DNA of 64,000 nucleotides from the NCBI GenBank assembly GCA_035283405.1, contig DATEUA010000141.1, positions 8,984 to 72,983 of the forward strand. Direction: 5' to 3'. Below, one piece after another: positions 27,145 to 36,224 of this stretch. A model generated the notes under the pieces. It did no database searches and had not been told where the DNA came from. It saw only the letters and a list, made by a program, of their open reading frames with translations. The translations under genes were made by a program, and so were the position numbers. Positions within the stretch are counted from its first letter, which is position 1; each line of letters opens with the position of its first letter. The DNA is from Thermoplasmata archaeon. Lineage in GTDB: Archaea > Thermoplasmatota > Thermoplasmata > RBG-16-68-12.

Positions 27145-27702
27145 TCACACGAGGACGAGGCCGCCACGCGCCGCGATGGCGAGTGCCAGGGCCCGGAACG
27201 AGGCCTCGACGTTCTCCGCCGTCTTCGCGGAGGTCAGGAAGTGGGATGCGGCGTGGCGGTCCGCGACGTCGCGGAGCCGCTCCGGGTGGATCACGAGGCG
27301 GTCCCTCAAGTCGCATTTGTTCCCGAGGAAGACGACCGGCACGTCCCCGGCCTGGTCCTTCGCGGTCCTCACCCATTCCTCGAGTTCGTCGAGGGTCTCG
27401 TCGCGTGTGATGTCGCACACCGCGAGGACTCCCTGCGCCCCCTGGAAATATGCCTGCTTGAGACTGTCCCGGAGGCTCCGCTGGCCCATGATGTCGTAGA
27501 TGATCAGGGTGATCTCCGAAGGCCCCTCGGAGGTCTCGAGGACGAGGGATTTCTTTGCCACCTTCATGCCCAAGGTCGACAGGTAGCGGTCCGAGAACTG
27601 GTCGTACGCGAACCGATGGAGGAGGGACGACTTGCCGACCTCCATCGGACCGACGAGGCAGATCTTGAACTTGATCGGCTGGTCCGTCCCGCGCCCCGCC
27701 AT
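27145..27702 (-). CDS. Rab/Ras-superfamily small GTPase
   Basis: G1 GPMEVGKS, G2 YLSTLG, G3 DIMGQ, YFQGAQG, G4 NKCD, G5 SAK; ATG at 27702 preferred over GTG 27738. Confidence 0.92.
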   Translation of the reverse strand: MAGRGTDQPIKFKICLVGPMEVGKSSLLHRFAYDQFSDRYLSTLGMKVAKKSLVLETSEGPSEITLIIYDIMGQRSLRDSLKQAYFQGAQGVLAVCDITRDETLDELEEWVRTAKDQAGDVPVVFLGNKCDLRDRLVIHPERLRDVADRHAASHFLTSAKTAENVEASFRALALAIAARGGLVLV

Positions 27703-27789
27703 GGTCGCCGTAGGAATGACCGAGGCGTCTATTTGCACGTTGTCGAGCGGTTATCTTCTCAGATAGGGAGCGTAGACCGTGCTCGATGC

Positions 27790-28407
27790 CTACAGCTTCC
27801 CGCGCACGGCGTCGAGCTTGTCCGCGAGGGCCTGGTTCCTCGCCGCCACGGCGACCTCTCCGCGGGTCTTCTCGATCAGGCTGCGGGCGATGTCCTGCTT
27901 CCGCTTCAGCGCGACGAGGGCCGTCGGATAGTCGAAGCGCATGAGGGCGTCGAGAATTCGCTCCATCTTCTCTAGGAACGCGGAGGACTGGACGATGTCG
28001 CCGCGCCGGAGATGCCCCAGCGCGAACCGGCGGAGCTCTCCCACGACGTCCCCGAGACCGAGCAGGAAGGCGGTGTCCGTCACCCCGAGTTCCTTCGGCA
28101 CCGGAAGCCGATCGGACTCGAGGATCGCGTGCACGAGGAAAGACTCCGCGGCCTCCTGCATCGCATTCTCGACGAGGCCCGCATGGAAGAGGTCCGGGTG
28201 CCCGTCCAGCAGGCTTCTCAGCTTCATGACCTCCTCGCGGGTCTCGCGGAGCGTGCCGTCGACATCCTGCCCGCGGTGCATCCCCTGGATCGCGGTGCCC
28301 GAGAGGCGGGCAATCGTCCGAGAGGACTTGATTGCAAGCTCGCGGACCTCGTCTTTCTCGTCGAGGCGGGCTTCGATGTCCCCGATCACCTCGTCGAGGT
28401 TCTTCAC
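27790..28407 (-). CDS. Translin/Trax family protein
   Basis: DEVRELAIKSSR, AMQEAAE, FLLGLGDVVGELRR, LKRKQDIARSLIEKT; GTG start at 28407. Confidence 0.85.
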   Translation of the reverse strand: MKNLDEVIGDIEARLDEKDEVRELAIKSSRTIARLSGTAIQGMHRGQDVDGTLRETREEVMKLRSLLDGHPDLFHAGLVENAMQEAAESFLVHAILESDRLPVPKELGVTDTAFLLGLGDVVGELRRFALGHLRRGDIVQSSAFLEKMERILDALMRFDYPTALVALKRKQDIARSLIEKTRGEVAVAARNQALADKLDAVRGKL

Positions 28408-28465
28408 GGGCGCGAGGATGCCCACTCGAGTTATTTGAGGGTTCGCACGCAGCTTCGTAGGGAGG

Positions 28466-29791
28466 TCAGCGTCCCTCACGAATCAGGCGCATTCGCTCGA
28501 CCTTCCCCTGGACGACCTCGGGCTTGCCGATATCCCGCCTCGCGTAGAACGTCCCCGACACGAATGCCAGGGCTTCCTCCGCGATCGATTCCGCGGATCC
28601 GAGGTCCTCTGCCAGGCCTACGACGGCGAGGGATCGGGACGTCGTCGTGTACAGGTGGTCCCCCTTTCGGTCCACCGCCGCGTAGAACAACTTTGCCCCC
28701 GCGCGGCGGACGCTCTCTTCGTCGACCTTCAGGACCTCGCCGGCCCTCGGATGGGAGCCGTAGCCGGTAGGGACGACGTACTTGCAGACGGTGGCCAATC
28801 GAGCGAAGGAGATCGTGTCCGGAAGCCGTCCCTCCGTGAGGCGGACGCACAGGTCCGCGAAGTCGTCCTCGAGAATCGGCAGGACGTTCATCGACTCCGG
28901 ATCCGCGAACCGGACGTTGTACTCGAGGAGTTTCGGGCCGTCCCGCGTGACCATGAACCCGCCGTACAGAACTCCCCGGAAGGGGGCGCCCCGAGACTTC
29001 ATCGCCTCGACGGTCTTCCTCATTGTGGTGGCGGCCTGGTCGTAGTCCTGCGAGGTGACGAAGGGAAGTCGGTGGTCTGCGTCGCTGTACGATCCCATGC
29101 CCCCGGTGTTGGGGCCTCTGTCCCCCTCGTAGGCCCGTTTGTGGTCTTGCGCAAGCGGGCAGAAGAGAAGCCGTTCCCCGTCGCAGAGAGCCTGTAGGGA
29201 GAACTCCTCCCCCGTGACTTTCTCCTCGACGAGGAACCGGGCGGCGCCTCCGATCTGCTTCTCCAGGATCTCCTTCCCGTAGGCGAGGGCCTCCCCTTTC
29301 GTCCTGAAGTGGTCGCCCCAGACCCGGACTCCTTTGCCGCCCGTCAGCCCGAGTGGTTTGATCACGAACTCCGTGTCCGCGTCGTTCACCCACTCCTCGA
29401 ACGGCCCGAACGCGTCGAAGGTCCAGAACTGGGGGAGGCCAGGGATCCCCTCCTCCCGCATGAGGTCCCGCGTGAACTCCTTGTTCGCCTCGAGCTGCGC
29501 GGCCGCACGATTCGGGCCCACGGTCGGGATCTCCGAGGCCTCGAGCCGGTCGACAATTCCCTCGGCCAGAGGCGCCTCCGGACCGATCACCGCAAGCTCC
29601 GCGCCTCGATCCTTCGCCCACGCGGCGATCCGGTCGACCGCGGACACATCGCCCAGGAGGACATCCTTCGCCACCCGTCGGATCCCCGGATTCTGATTGG
29701 ACATCGCGGCGAAGATCTCCGCCTCGCTCCGGTGGAGAGCCTCCACGATGCAGTGTTCGCGGCCTCCCCCGCCCACGACGAGCACCCGCAT
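28466..29791 (-). CDS. purD: Phosphoribosylamine--glycine ligase
   Basis: VGGGGREH, IGPEAPL, GGKGV, AQDHKRAYEGDRGPNTGGMGSY, EYNVRFADPE. Confidence 0.96.
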   Translation of the reverse strand: MRVLVVGGGGREHCIVEALHRSEAEIFAAMSNQNPGIRRVAKDVLLGDVSAVDRIAAWAKDRGAELAVIGPEAPLAEGIVDRLEASEIPTVGPNRAAAQLEANKEFTRDLMREEGIPGLPQFWTFDAFGPFEEWVNDADTEFVIKPLGLTGGKGVRVWGDHFRTKGEALAYGKEILEKQIGGAARFLVEEKVTGEEFSLQALCDGERLLFCPLAQDHKRAYEGDRGPNTGGMGSYSDADHRLPFVTSQDYDQAATTMRKTVEAMKSRGAPFRGVLYGGFMVTRDGPKLLEYNVRFADPESMNVLPILEDDFADLCVRLTEGRLPDTISFARLATVCKYVVPTGYGSHPRAGEVLKVDEESVRRAGAKLFYAAVDRKGDHLYTTTSRSLAVVGLAEDLGSAESIAEEALAFVSGTFYARRDIGKPEVVQGKVERMRLIREGR

Positions 29792-29836
29792 GGCTGACGG
29801 GGTCGAGAACGGAGGCAGGCGATTTGAGCTTTCGGC

Positions 29837-30718
29837 TCAGTGGCCCACCGCAAGCTCCGCGGCGTACACCGTGTTCGAGAGAAGCATCGCGATGGTCATC
29901 GGCCCGACGCCCCCGGGGACCGGGGTGATCGCCCTGGCCTTCGCCCGGACCGCCTCGAAGTCTACGTCGCCCACCGTCCGGTAGCCGCCTTTCGCGCTCG
30001 GATCCGGCACGCGGTTGATCCCGACGTCGATCACGACGGTGCCCTCACGGACCATGTCCGCGGTGATGGTCTTCGGAGAACCGACCGCGGATATCAGGAT
30101 GTCCGCTCGACGCGTGTGGGCTGCGAGGTCCCTCGTCGCGCTGTGGGCGATCGTCACGGTCGCGTTCGCGCCTCGGGTCTTCTGGATGAGGAGGGCCGCC
30201 AGCGGCTTTCCCACGATGTTGCTTCTCCCGACGATCACGACGTGCTTCCCGTCCGGCTCGTGTCCGCTGCGGACGAGGAGTTCGACGACCCCCGCGGGCG
30301 TCGCCGGCGCGAACCTCGGGGTGCCGATCAGGACGAGTCCGACGTTCGCGGGATGGAAGCAGTCGACGTCCTTCCTCGGGTCGACGGCGGAGACCGCCTC
30401 GAGCGTCCGGATCTGCCTCGGGAGCGGTTGCTGCACGAGAATCCCGTGGACCTTCGGATCGCGGTTGAGGTGAACGACCTCGTCGAGGACCTTGGCCTCT
30501 GGGGTCGCTTCGGGCAGCTCGATCGTCCAGTGGGGCAGGCCCATCTCCGCGCAGGCTTTGCCTTTCATCCGCACGTACAGGCGCGAGGCGGGATTGTCGC
30601 CGACGAGGACCGCCGCGAGCCCCGGTGCGGTTCCCGCGGCCGACAGGCGCTCGATCCTCGGCCGGAGATCCGCGCGGACCTCCTCCGCAATCCGCTTCCC
30701 GTCGATCAGGTCGCCCAC
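29837..30718 (-). CDS. folD: Methylenetetrahydrofolate dehydrogenase/cyclohydrolase
   Basis: IDGK, ASRLYVRMK, HGILVQQPLP, KDVD, GRSNIVGKP, IDVGINR, TPVPGGVGPMT. Confidence 0.96.
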   Translation of the reverse strand: MGDLIDGKRIAEEVRADLRPRIERLSAAGTAPGLAAVLVGDNPASRLYVRMKGKACAEMGLPHWTIELPEATPEAKVLDEVVHLNRDPKVHGILVQQPLPRQIRTLEAVSAVDPRKDVDCFHPANVGLVLIGTPRFAPATPAGVVELLVRSGHEPDGKHVVIVGRSNIVGKPLAALLIQKTRGANATVTIAHSATRDLAAHTRRADILISAVGSPKTITADMVREGTVVIDVGINRVPDPSAKGGYRTVGDVDFEAVRAKARAITPVPGGVGPMTIAMLLSNTVYAAELAVGH

Positions 30719-30822
30719 GGCGTCGCCTCCCCGGCAGGTAACGGGACGACTCCTTTAAGGACTTGAGCGCCCGAACTCCGCCGCTTCGCCCCGTGTGGCA
30801 GCCGTTTGTACGACCGAAGAGT

Positions 30823-30879
30823 CGTTTGTCTGACACTTTTGTCAAGGAGGAAAACGCTTAAGATGTCTGACGTTTGTCA
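30823..30879 (+). promoter_or_regulatory. Promoter with TGAC...GTCA operator-like repeats flanking BRE/TATA
   Basis: TGTCTGACACTTTTGTCA (30827-30844) and TGTCTGACGTTTGTCA (30864-30879) lie on either side of GAAAACGCTTAAG. Confidence 0.55.
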
Positions 30880-30890
30880 CCTCCACGCGG

Positions 30891-31427
30891 ATGCACTCGA
30901 ACGATTGGTCTCGTTCCCTTACGGAACGTCAGCGCGAGGTCCTCGCAATCGTCGTCGAGAACAAGGTGTACAAGAACCGCGACTCGAAGATCACGGACCT
31001 CGCGGTCCAGATGGGCATTGCGCCTTCGGCCGTCGCGAAGCACCTCCTGGAAATCGAGAAGACCGCTCTCCTCAACGTGACGGTGACTCCGTCCGAGCAG
31101 GGGAAGCGCGTGTACGAGCGGCTCCAGTTCGAGCCGCGGCCCGAGCGGCGACAGACGTCCGAGGTCCTGGGGCCTGACAAGGTCGACGTCCTGCACTTCC
31201 TCCGGGACCATCCCGACGCGACGGCAACGGAGGTGTCGCTGGAACTGACCCTGTCCGAGTACACCGCGTTGAACAGCCTGAGGGTTCTGACGGCGGTGAG
31301 CCTCGTCACGAAACAGAGGGGCCCCGCGATCCGACGGGGCGTGCCTCCGTACGTGTATCGTTTGACGCCTCACGGCCAGGCCGTGCACGACCGGCTCCAG
31401 ACCACGGAAGCCGTAAGGGAGATGTAG
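30891..31427 (+). CDS. Tandem winged helix-turn-helix transcriptional regulator
   Basis: LTERQREVL...ITDLAVQMGIAPSAVAKHL and VLHFLRDHPDATATEVSLEL...YVYRLTPHG. Confidence 0.75.
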   Translation: MHSNDWSRSLTERQREVLAIVVENKVYKNRDSKITDLAVQMGIAPSAVAKHLLEIEKTALLNVTVTPSEQGKRVYERLQFEPRPERRQTSEVLGPDKVDVLHFLRDHPDATATEVSLELTLSEYTALNSLRVLTAVSLVTKQRGPAIRRGVPPYVYRLTPHGQAVHDRLQTTEAVREM

Positions 31428-31451
31428 CGCTCCAGCCCTTGGCCGCACGAC

Positions 31452-32603
31452 GTGTACGATGCGCTCGTGGTGGGCGCGGGACCTGCTGGAGGCATGGCCG
31501 CGCGGGAACTCGCCCGGGCGGGCCATCGAACCCTGATCGTCGACAAGAAGAAGGTCCTCGGGGAACCTGTCCAGTGCGCGGAAGGAGTGAGCCGGTTCGG
31601 GCTCGAGTCGAACGGAATCCGGCCCCGGGACGAGTGGGTGGCCCAGAGCATCGCCGGCGCGCGGTGCGTCCTCCCGAACGGCACGTCGTTCCTCATCACG
31701 CAGCAGCCCGGGTATGCGATCGATCGGCCGCGCTTCGACCGGTGGATCGTCCAACAAGCGGTCGACGACGGGGCCGAGCTCCGGACCTCGACGAAGGTGA
31801 CGGAGATTGCTCCGCACGACGGCGGGTGGCGGGTCCAGACCAACGGGACGTCGGTCGACACGCGAATCGTGATCGCCGCGGACGGCCCGACGACCGGTCT
31901 CGCGAAGGCGCTCGGCCTCGTAGGCCGGCATGAACTGATCCGGGCGTACGAGTTCCGGTTCCGGCGGACGGACGTGCGCCTCGACGACCCCGAGCGGTTC
32001 CTTCTGTTCGTCGGCAAGAGGTACGATGGCGGCTACGCCTGGGTCTTCCCGAAGGGCGACGCGGTGAACGTCGGGGCGGGCGGGCATGTCGACGCGCACG
32101 CAGCCGCCGTGGCCTTCTGCCGACACCAGGGGTACGACCCGGCGCTCCGGGATGCGACGATCGCCGGCACGATCCCGTACCGCTTCGAGTTGTCCTCGTA
32201 TGCGGTCCCGGGATTCGCGGTCGCAGGCGACGCCGCGGGGGTGACGAACTCGATGAATGGCGCCGGAATCCATCCGGGCCTGTTTTCCGGTCGGCTCGCG
32301 GGGTTCTACGCCGGGGTCGCACTCGCCACGGAGGACCCCGCGGCGATCGTGGGCTACGACCGAGTGCTCCGGGCCTCGCCGTTTCTCGATCCGCTACTCT
32401 TCTGGATGATCGAGCGGATCCGGACCTGGGACGATCGCCTCCTCAACGCGGTGGGGGAGGAAATTGACGGGCTCTCTTGGCGAGCGGTCGACCTCCGTCT
32501 TGCGCTTTCGACGATCCTGCGGCACCCGAGCCTTGCGCTCCACGCGCGCGAATTCTACCGCATGTTCCGTGCCCTCGAACTGTGCGAGCGGTACGGCTGG
32601 TGA
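31452..32603 (+). CDS. Geranylgeranyl reductase family FAD-dependent oxidoreductase
   Basis: VVGAGPAG, PVQCAEG, IDRPRFD, IAADG, GYAWVFPKG, GDAAG. Confidence 0.88.
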   Translation: MYDALVVGAGPAGGMAARELARAGHRTLIVDKKKVLGEPVQCAEGVSRFGLESNGIRPRDEWVAQSIAGARCVLPNGTSFLITQQPGYAIDRPRFDRWIVQQAVDDGAELRTSTKVTEIAPHDGGWRVQTNGTSVDTRIVIAADGPTTGLAKALGLVGRHELIRAYEFRFRRTDVRLDDPERFLLFVGKRYDGGYAWVFPKGDAVNVGAGGHVDAHAAAVAFCRHQGYDPALRDATIAGTIPYRFELSSYAVPGFAVAGDAAGVTNSMNGAGIHPGLFSGRLAGFYAGVALATEDPAAIVGYDRVLRASPFLDPLLFWMIERIRTWDDRLLNAVGEEIDGLSWRAVDLRLALSTILRHPSLALHAREFYRMFRALELCERYGW

Positions 32604-32695
32604 CGCTCGGACGACATTGTCGTCCAGAGGCTGCAGTCCGAAACCCTGCGTCTCGGGAAACGCTAAATAACCTCGCGGCGTCCCCGAGCCGGTCT

Positions 32696-33649
32696 ATGGT
32701 CTCCGGGGGGAAGTCGCTTCGAGTCGGCAGCCGGCTCGAATGGGTTTTGGAGAACGGCTACTTCGCCGTGACGACGGAAATCGCCCCGCCCGCATCCGCG
32801 AGCCCGGACGACATCCGTGCGTTCGCCGCCTTGTTCCGGGGGGTCGCCGACGCGGTCAACGTGACGGACTGCCAGCGGGCCCTCGTCAAGATCTCGTCGT
32901 TCGCCGGCTCCATCCTCGCGATGCAGGAAGGCGTCGAACCGATCATGCAGATGGTGCTCCGCGATCGGAACCGGATCGCGCTCCAGGCGGACCTCCTCGG
33001 GGCCGCGGCTCTGGGCGTCCGCGCGATCCTCTGCCTCCGGGGGGACGATCCGAAGGTGGGCAACGAGAAGGACGCGACCGGGGTGTTCGACCTGAATACG
33101 GAGGAGATGATCGGGATGTTTCGGACCCTGCGGGACACGGGGACCCTTCGGGGAGGCGACAAGGTGGACGTTCCCCCGAATTTCCTCATCGGTGCGGCGG
33201 CGAACCCCCTCGGCGGGAACCTCGAGCAGTCCTTCGCGAACCTCCGGGGGAAAGTCACCGCCGGAGCGGACTTCATCCAGACGCAGGCGATCTACGACGT
33301 GGACGCGTTCGAGGAGTGGATGCGTCTCGTCCGGAAGGAGTGGCTCCACGAGAAGGTCCACATCCTCGCAGGGGTGATCCCGCTCCGGTCCCCGAAGATG
33401 GCCCATTTCCTCGCGGAGAAAGTGCCGGGGATCGTGATCCCCAAGTTCATCATGGAGCGCATGGAGACCGCGCCGGATCCGAAGGCGGAAGGCATGAGCA
33501 TCGCCCTTCGAACGATCAAAGCACTCCGGAAGGTGGAGGGCGTCCGGGGCGTGCACATCATGGCGATCAACTGGGACGAGATCGTCCCGATCCTCGCCAA
33601 GGAGGCGGGGCTTCTCCCGCGACCCGCGATGCCCCCGAGCCCCCTGTAG
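32696..33649 (+). CDS. metF: Methylenetetrahydrofolate reductase
   Basis: TTEIAPP, AVNVTD, RDRNRIALQADLLGA, LRGDDP, GADFIQTQAIYD, GVHIM. Confidence 0.9.
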   Translation: MVSGGKSLRVGSRLEWVLENGYFAVTTEIAPPASASPDDIRAFAALFRGVADAVNVTDCQRALVKISSFAGSILAMQEGVEPIMQMVLRDRNRIALQADLLGAAALGVRAILCLRGDDPKVGNEKDATGVFDLNTEEMIGMFRTLRDTGTLRGGDKVDVPPNFLIGAAANPLGGNLEQSFANLRGKVTAGADFIQTQAIYDVDAFEEWMRLVRKEWLHEKVHILAGVIPLRSPKMAHFLAEKVPGIVIPKFIMERMETAPDPKAEGMSIALRTIKALRKVEGVRGVHIMAINWDEIVPILAKEAGLLPRPAMPPSPL

Positions 33650-33725
33650 ACGGCCGAGACGCGGCGCACGAGACACCCCGGCGCAAGTTTAATCCGACAC
33701 GACCGATACGGACGCGGTAACACGG

Positions 33726-35261
33726 ATGGTTTCCGCGGGCCGGGCCCTCCTCAGCGTCGCCGACAAGGAAGGCCTCGTCGACTTCGCGCGAGGCCTGCAC
33801 GACCACGGCCACGAGCTCATCGCGACAGAGGGGACGGCGAGCCTTCTGCAGGAGGCCGGGATCCCCGTCACGACGGTCGCGGATTACACGGGCTTGCACG
33901 AAGGTCTCGGGGGACGCGTGAAGACCCTTCATCCAAGAATCTTCGCAGGAATCCTCGCGCCGCGGGGCGATGAGAGCGAGCTCAAGGATCTCGGTGCGAA
34001 GGCGATCGACTTCGTCGTCGCGAACCTCTATCCCTTCGAGTCTGTCGTCGCGAAACCTCGAATCGATCACGCGGACGCGATCGAGAACATCGACATCGGC
34101 GGCGTCTCCCTGATCCGGGCCGCGGCGAAGAACTCCGCCCGGGTGACCGTCGTCGTCCGGCCCTCCAGGTATGTGGGCGTGCTCGACGCCCTCAAAGAGT
34201 TCGGACAGGTCCCTCCGAAACTGCGCGAAGGACTGGCCCTCGAGGCGTTCGAGTACACCTCCCGCTACGACGCGGCGATCTACAACTACCTCGCAGGGCG
34301 ATCCGGTCGCGGCTTCCCTCCGGCACTCCGTCTCGCGTACGAGAAGGTGACGGACCTGCGGTACGGGGAGAACCCATACCAGGAGGCGGCCCTCTACCGC
34401 GAACCCTTCCCCCACGCGTCCGCTGCGACCGCGGAGAAGCTGCAGGGGAAGGATCTGTCGTACAACAACCTCATCGACCTGGATGCGGCGCTCCGAGTCG
34501 TGTCCCAGTTCGAGGGTCCCGCCGCGGTCGTGATCAAGCACACGAACCCATGCGGGGCCGCCCTCGGCAGAACCCTGGCGGGCGCCTATCGGGCCGCGCA
34601 CGACGCGGATCCCATCTCTGCGTACGGGGGGGTCGTGGGGCTGAATCGGCCGGTCGACGTCGAGACAGCGAAAGGGATGAAAGGGGACGCCCTCGACGCG
34701 GTGATCGCTCCGGAGTACGACCCGGCAGCGCTCGACATCCTGAAGGCGAAGAAGAAGGGCGCGTTCCTCATCCTTCGCACGCGCGGGGACCTCGTGCGGG
34801 ACCACGGGACCGACATGGTCCGGGTCCTCGGCGGGCTCCTGCTCCAGACCACGGAGTTCCCGACGCCCGACCCGAAGTCGTTCCGCGTCGTCACGAAGGC
34901 GGTGCCGACCGACGCGCAGACTCGAGACATCCTCTTCGGAATCCGATTGTCCCGGTTCGTGAAGTCGAACTCGATCGTCCTCGTCCACGAGGGAGGGACC
35001 GTGGGCATCGGCGCGGGACAGATGAGCCGGGTCGACGCGTGCGCGATTGCGGCCCAGAAGGCGGGGGTCCGAGCACGCGGAAGCGTCGCGGTGAGCGACG
35101 CGTACTTCCCCTTCCGGGACGGACTCGATACGCTCGCCAGGGCCGGGGTTGCGGTCGTTGCGCAGCCGGGCGGGTCGATGCGAGATGCGGAGGTCATCGC
35201 CTCAGCCGAGGAACACGGGGTTTCGATGGTCTTCACCGGGACGCGCCTCTTCCGCCATTGA
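33726..35261 (+). CDS. purH: Bifunctional AICAR formyltransferase/IMP cyclohydrolase
   Basis: ALLSVADK, GRVKTLHP, NLYPF, IDIGG, LRYGENPYQ, SYNN, KHTNPCG, GAGQMSRVD, QPGGS, RLFRH. Confidence 0.96.
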   Translation: MVSAGRALLSVADKEGLVDFARGLHDHGHELIATEGTASLLQEAGIPVTTVADYTGLHEGLGGRVKTLHPRIFAGILAPRGDESELKDLGAKAIDFVVANLYPFESVVAKPRIDHADAIENIDIGGVSLIRAAAKNSARVTVVVRPSRYVGVLDALKEFGQVPPKLREGLALEAFEYTSRYDAAIYNYLAGRSGRGFPPALRLAYEKVTDLRYGENPYQEAALYREPFPHASAATAEKLQGKDLSYNNLIDLDAALRVVSQFEGPAAVVIKHTNPCGAALGRTLAGAYRAAHDADPISAYGGVVGLNRPVDVETAKGMKGDALDAVIAPEYDPAALDILKAKKKGAFLILRTRGDLVRDHGTDMVRVLGGLLLQTTEFPTPDPKSFRVVTKAVPTDAQTRDILFGIRLSRFVKSNSIVLVHEGGTVGIGAGQMSRVDACAIAAQKAGVRARGSVAVSDAYFPFRDGLDTLARAGVAVVAQPGGSMRDAEVIASAEEHGVSMVFTGTRLFRH

Positions 35262-35269
35262 GGGGGACG

Positions 35270-35911
35270 ATGTCTCGCCTCCGCGTCGGGGTGCTCGCCT
35301 CGGGTCGAGGAACGGACTTCCAGAGCCTCGTCGACGCGCGTGACCGGAAGGAGTTGAACGTCGATCTCGCAGTCCTGGTGTGCAACGTGCCCGGGGCGCC
35401 CGTGCTCGAGCGGGCGAGCCGAGCCGAGGTTCCCGCCTTCGTCATCGACCACCGACCCTTCGGCAAGGATCGCGTGGGTTTCGAGAAGGAGGTCGTCCGG
35501 GTCCTACGCGCCGAGCGCACCGATCTCGTCGTGTTCGCAGGCTTCATGCGCCTCGTGACGGAGTACTTCGTGAGCGAGTTCCCGTGGCGGGTCATCAACA
35601 TCCACCCGTCCCTGCTGCCCTCCTTCCCGGGGACGAACGCGCAGAGGGATGCGATCGAGTACGGGGCGAAGGTGTCCGGGTGCACGGTCCATTTCGTGGA
35701 CACCTCCGTGGACGGCGGGCCGATCCTCCTCCAGAGGGCCGTCCCGGTCAACGACGACGACACGGAGGAGACCCTCGCCGCGCGAATCCTCGACGAGGAA
35801 CATGTCGCGCTTCCCCTCGCGGTCCGACTCTTCGCGGAGGGACGCGTCAGAATCGAAGGACGGCGCGTTCGGATCGACACCAAGGACTTGGACGTCCCCG
35901 GGGTCGGCTGA
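35270..35911 (+). CDS. purN: Phosphoribosylglycinamide formyltransferase
   Basis: VLASGRGT, AGFMR, INIHPSLLPSFPG, GCTVHFVD, DGGPI, EEH. Confidence 0.95.
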   Translation: MSRLRVGVLASGRGTDFQSLVDARDRKELNVDLAVLVCNVPGAPVLERASRAEVPAFVIDHRPFGKDRVGFEKEVVRVLRAERTDLVVFAGFMRLVTEYFVSEFPWRVINIHPSLLPSFPGTNAQRDAIEYGAKVSGCTVHFVDTSVDGGPILLQRAVPVNDDDTEETLAARILDEEHVALPLAVRLFAEGRVRIEGRRVRIDTKDLDVPGVG

Positions 35912-35934
35912 TTCGCAAGGGTTCCTGACAAAGC

Positions 35935-35994
35935 GCGAAGAAGAGAAAAAGGGTAAGGCCGTCCCCTCGGAAGCAAAACACCGAGGGACGGCCT
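35935..35994 (-). terminator. Strong hairpin followed by a U-tract on the minus strand (end of a candidate sRNA)
   Basis: AGGCCGTCCCCTCGG (35956-35970) pairs with CCGAGGGACGGCCT (35981-35994); minus strand continues TACCCTTTTTCTCTTCTT. Confidence 0.6.
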
Positions 35995-36224
35995 CGTTGT
36001 GGAGGGATGCTTGAACCTCGAAAACGGGCCGTGGTATTTCAAGGTTCGTTAAAGGGGCTGGCAACGTGCCGTTCCGACAAGATTCGGACCGACCGGAGCC
36101 CGGGAACCGCCGTCCGAGAGAGAATTCCGCAAACCTTATGTCGCGGTCGTCCGGTTCGACGGACCGGCTTCGGATGAAAGGGGTCGGCAAGTTCGGGGAA
36201 GTCCTCGCGGCGGAGAAGGGGAAG

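Noticed and set aside
33650..33725. Possible ZTP or other riboswitch before purH
   Set aside because: The gap is only about 76 nt with TTTAAT about 35 nt before the ATG, leaving too short a leader; no aptamer motifs recognised.
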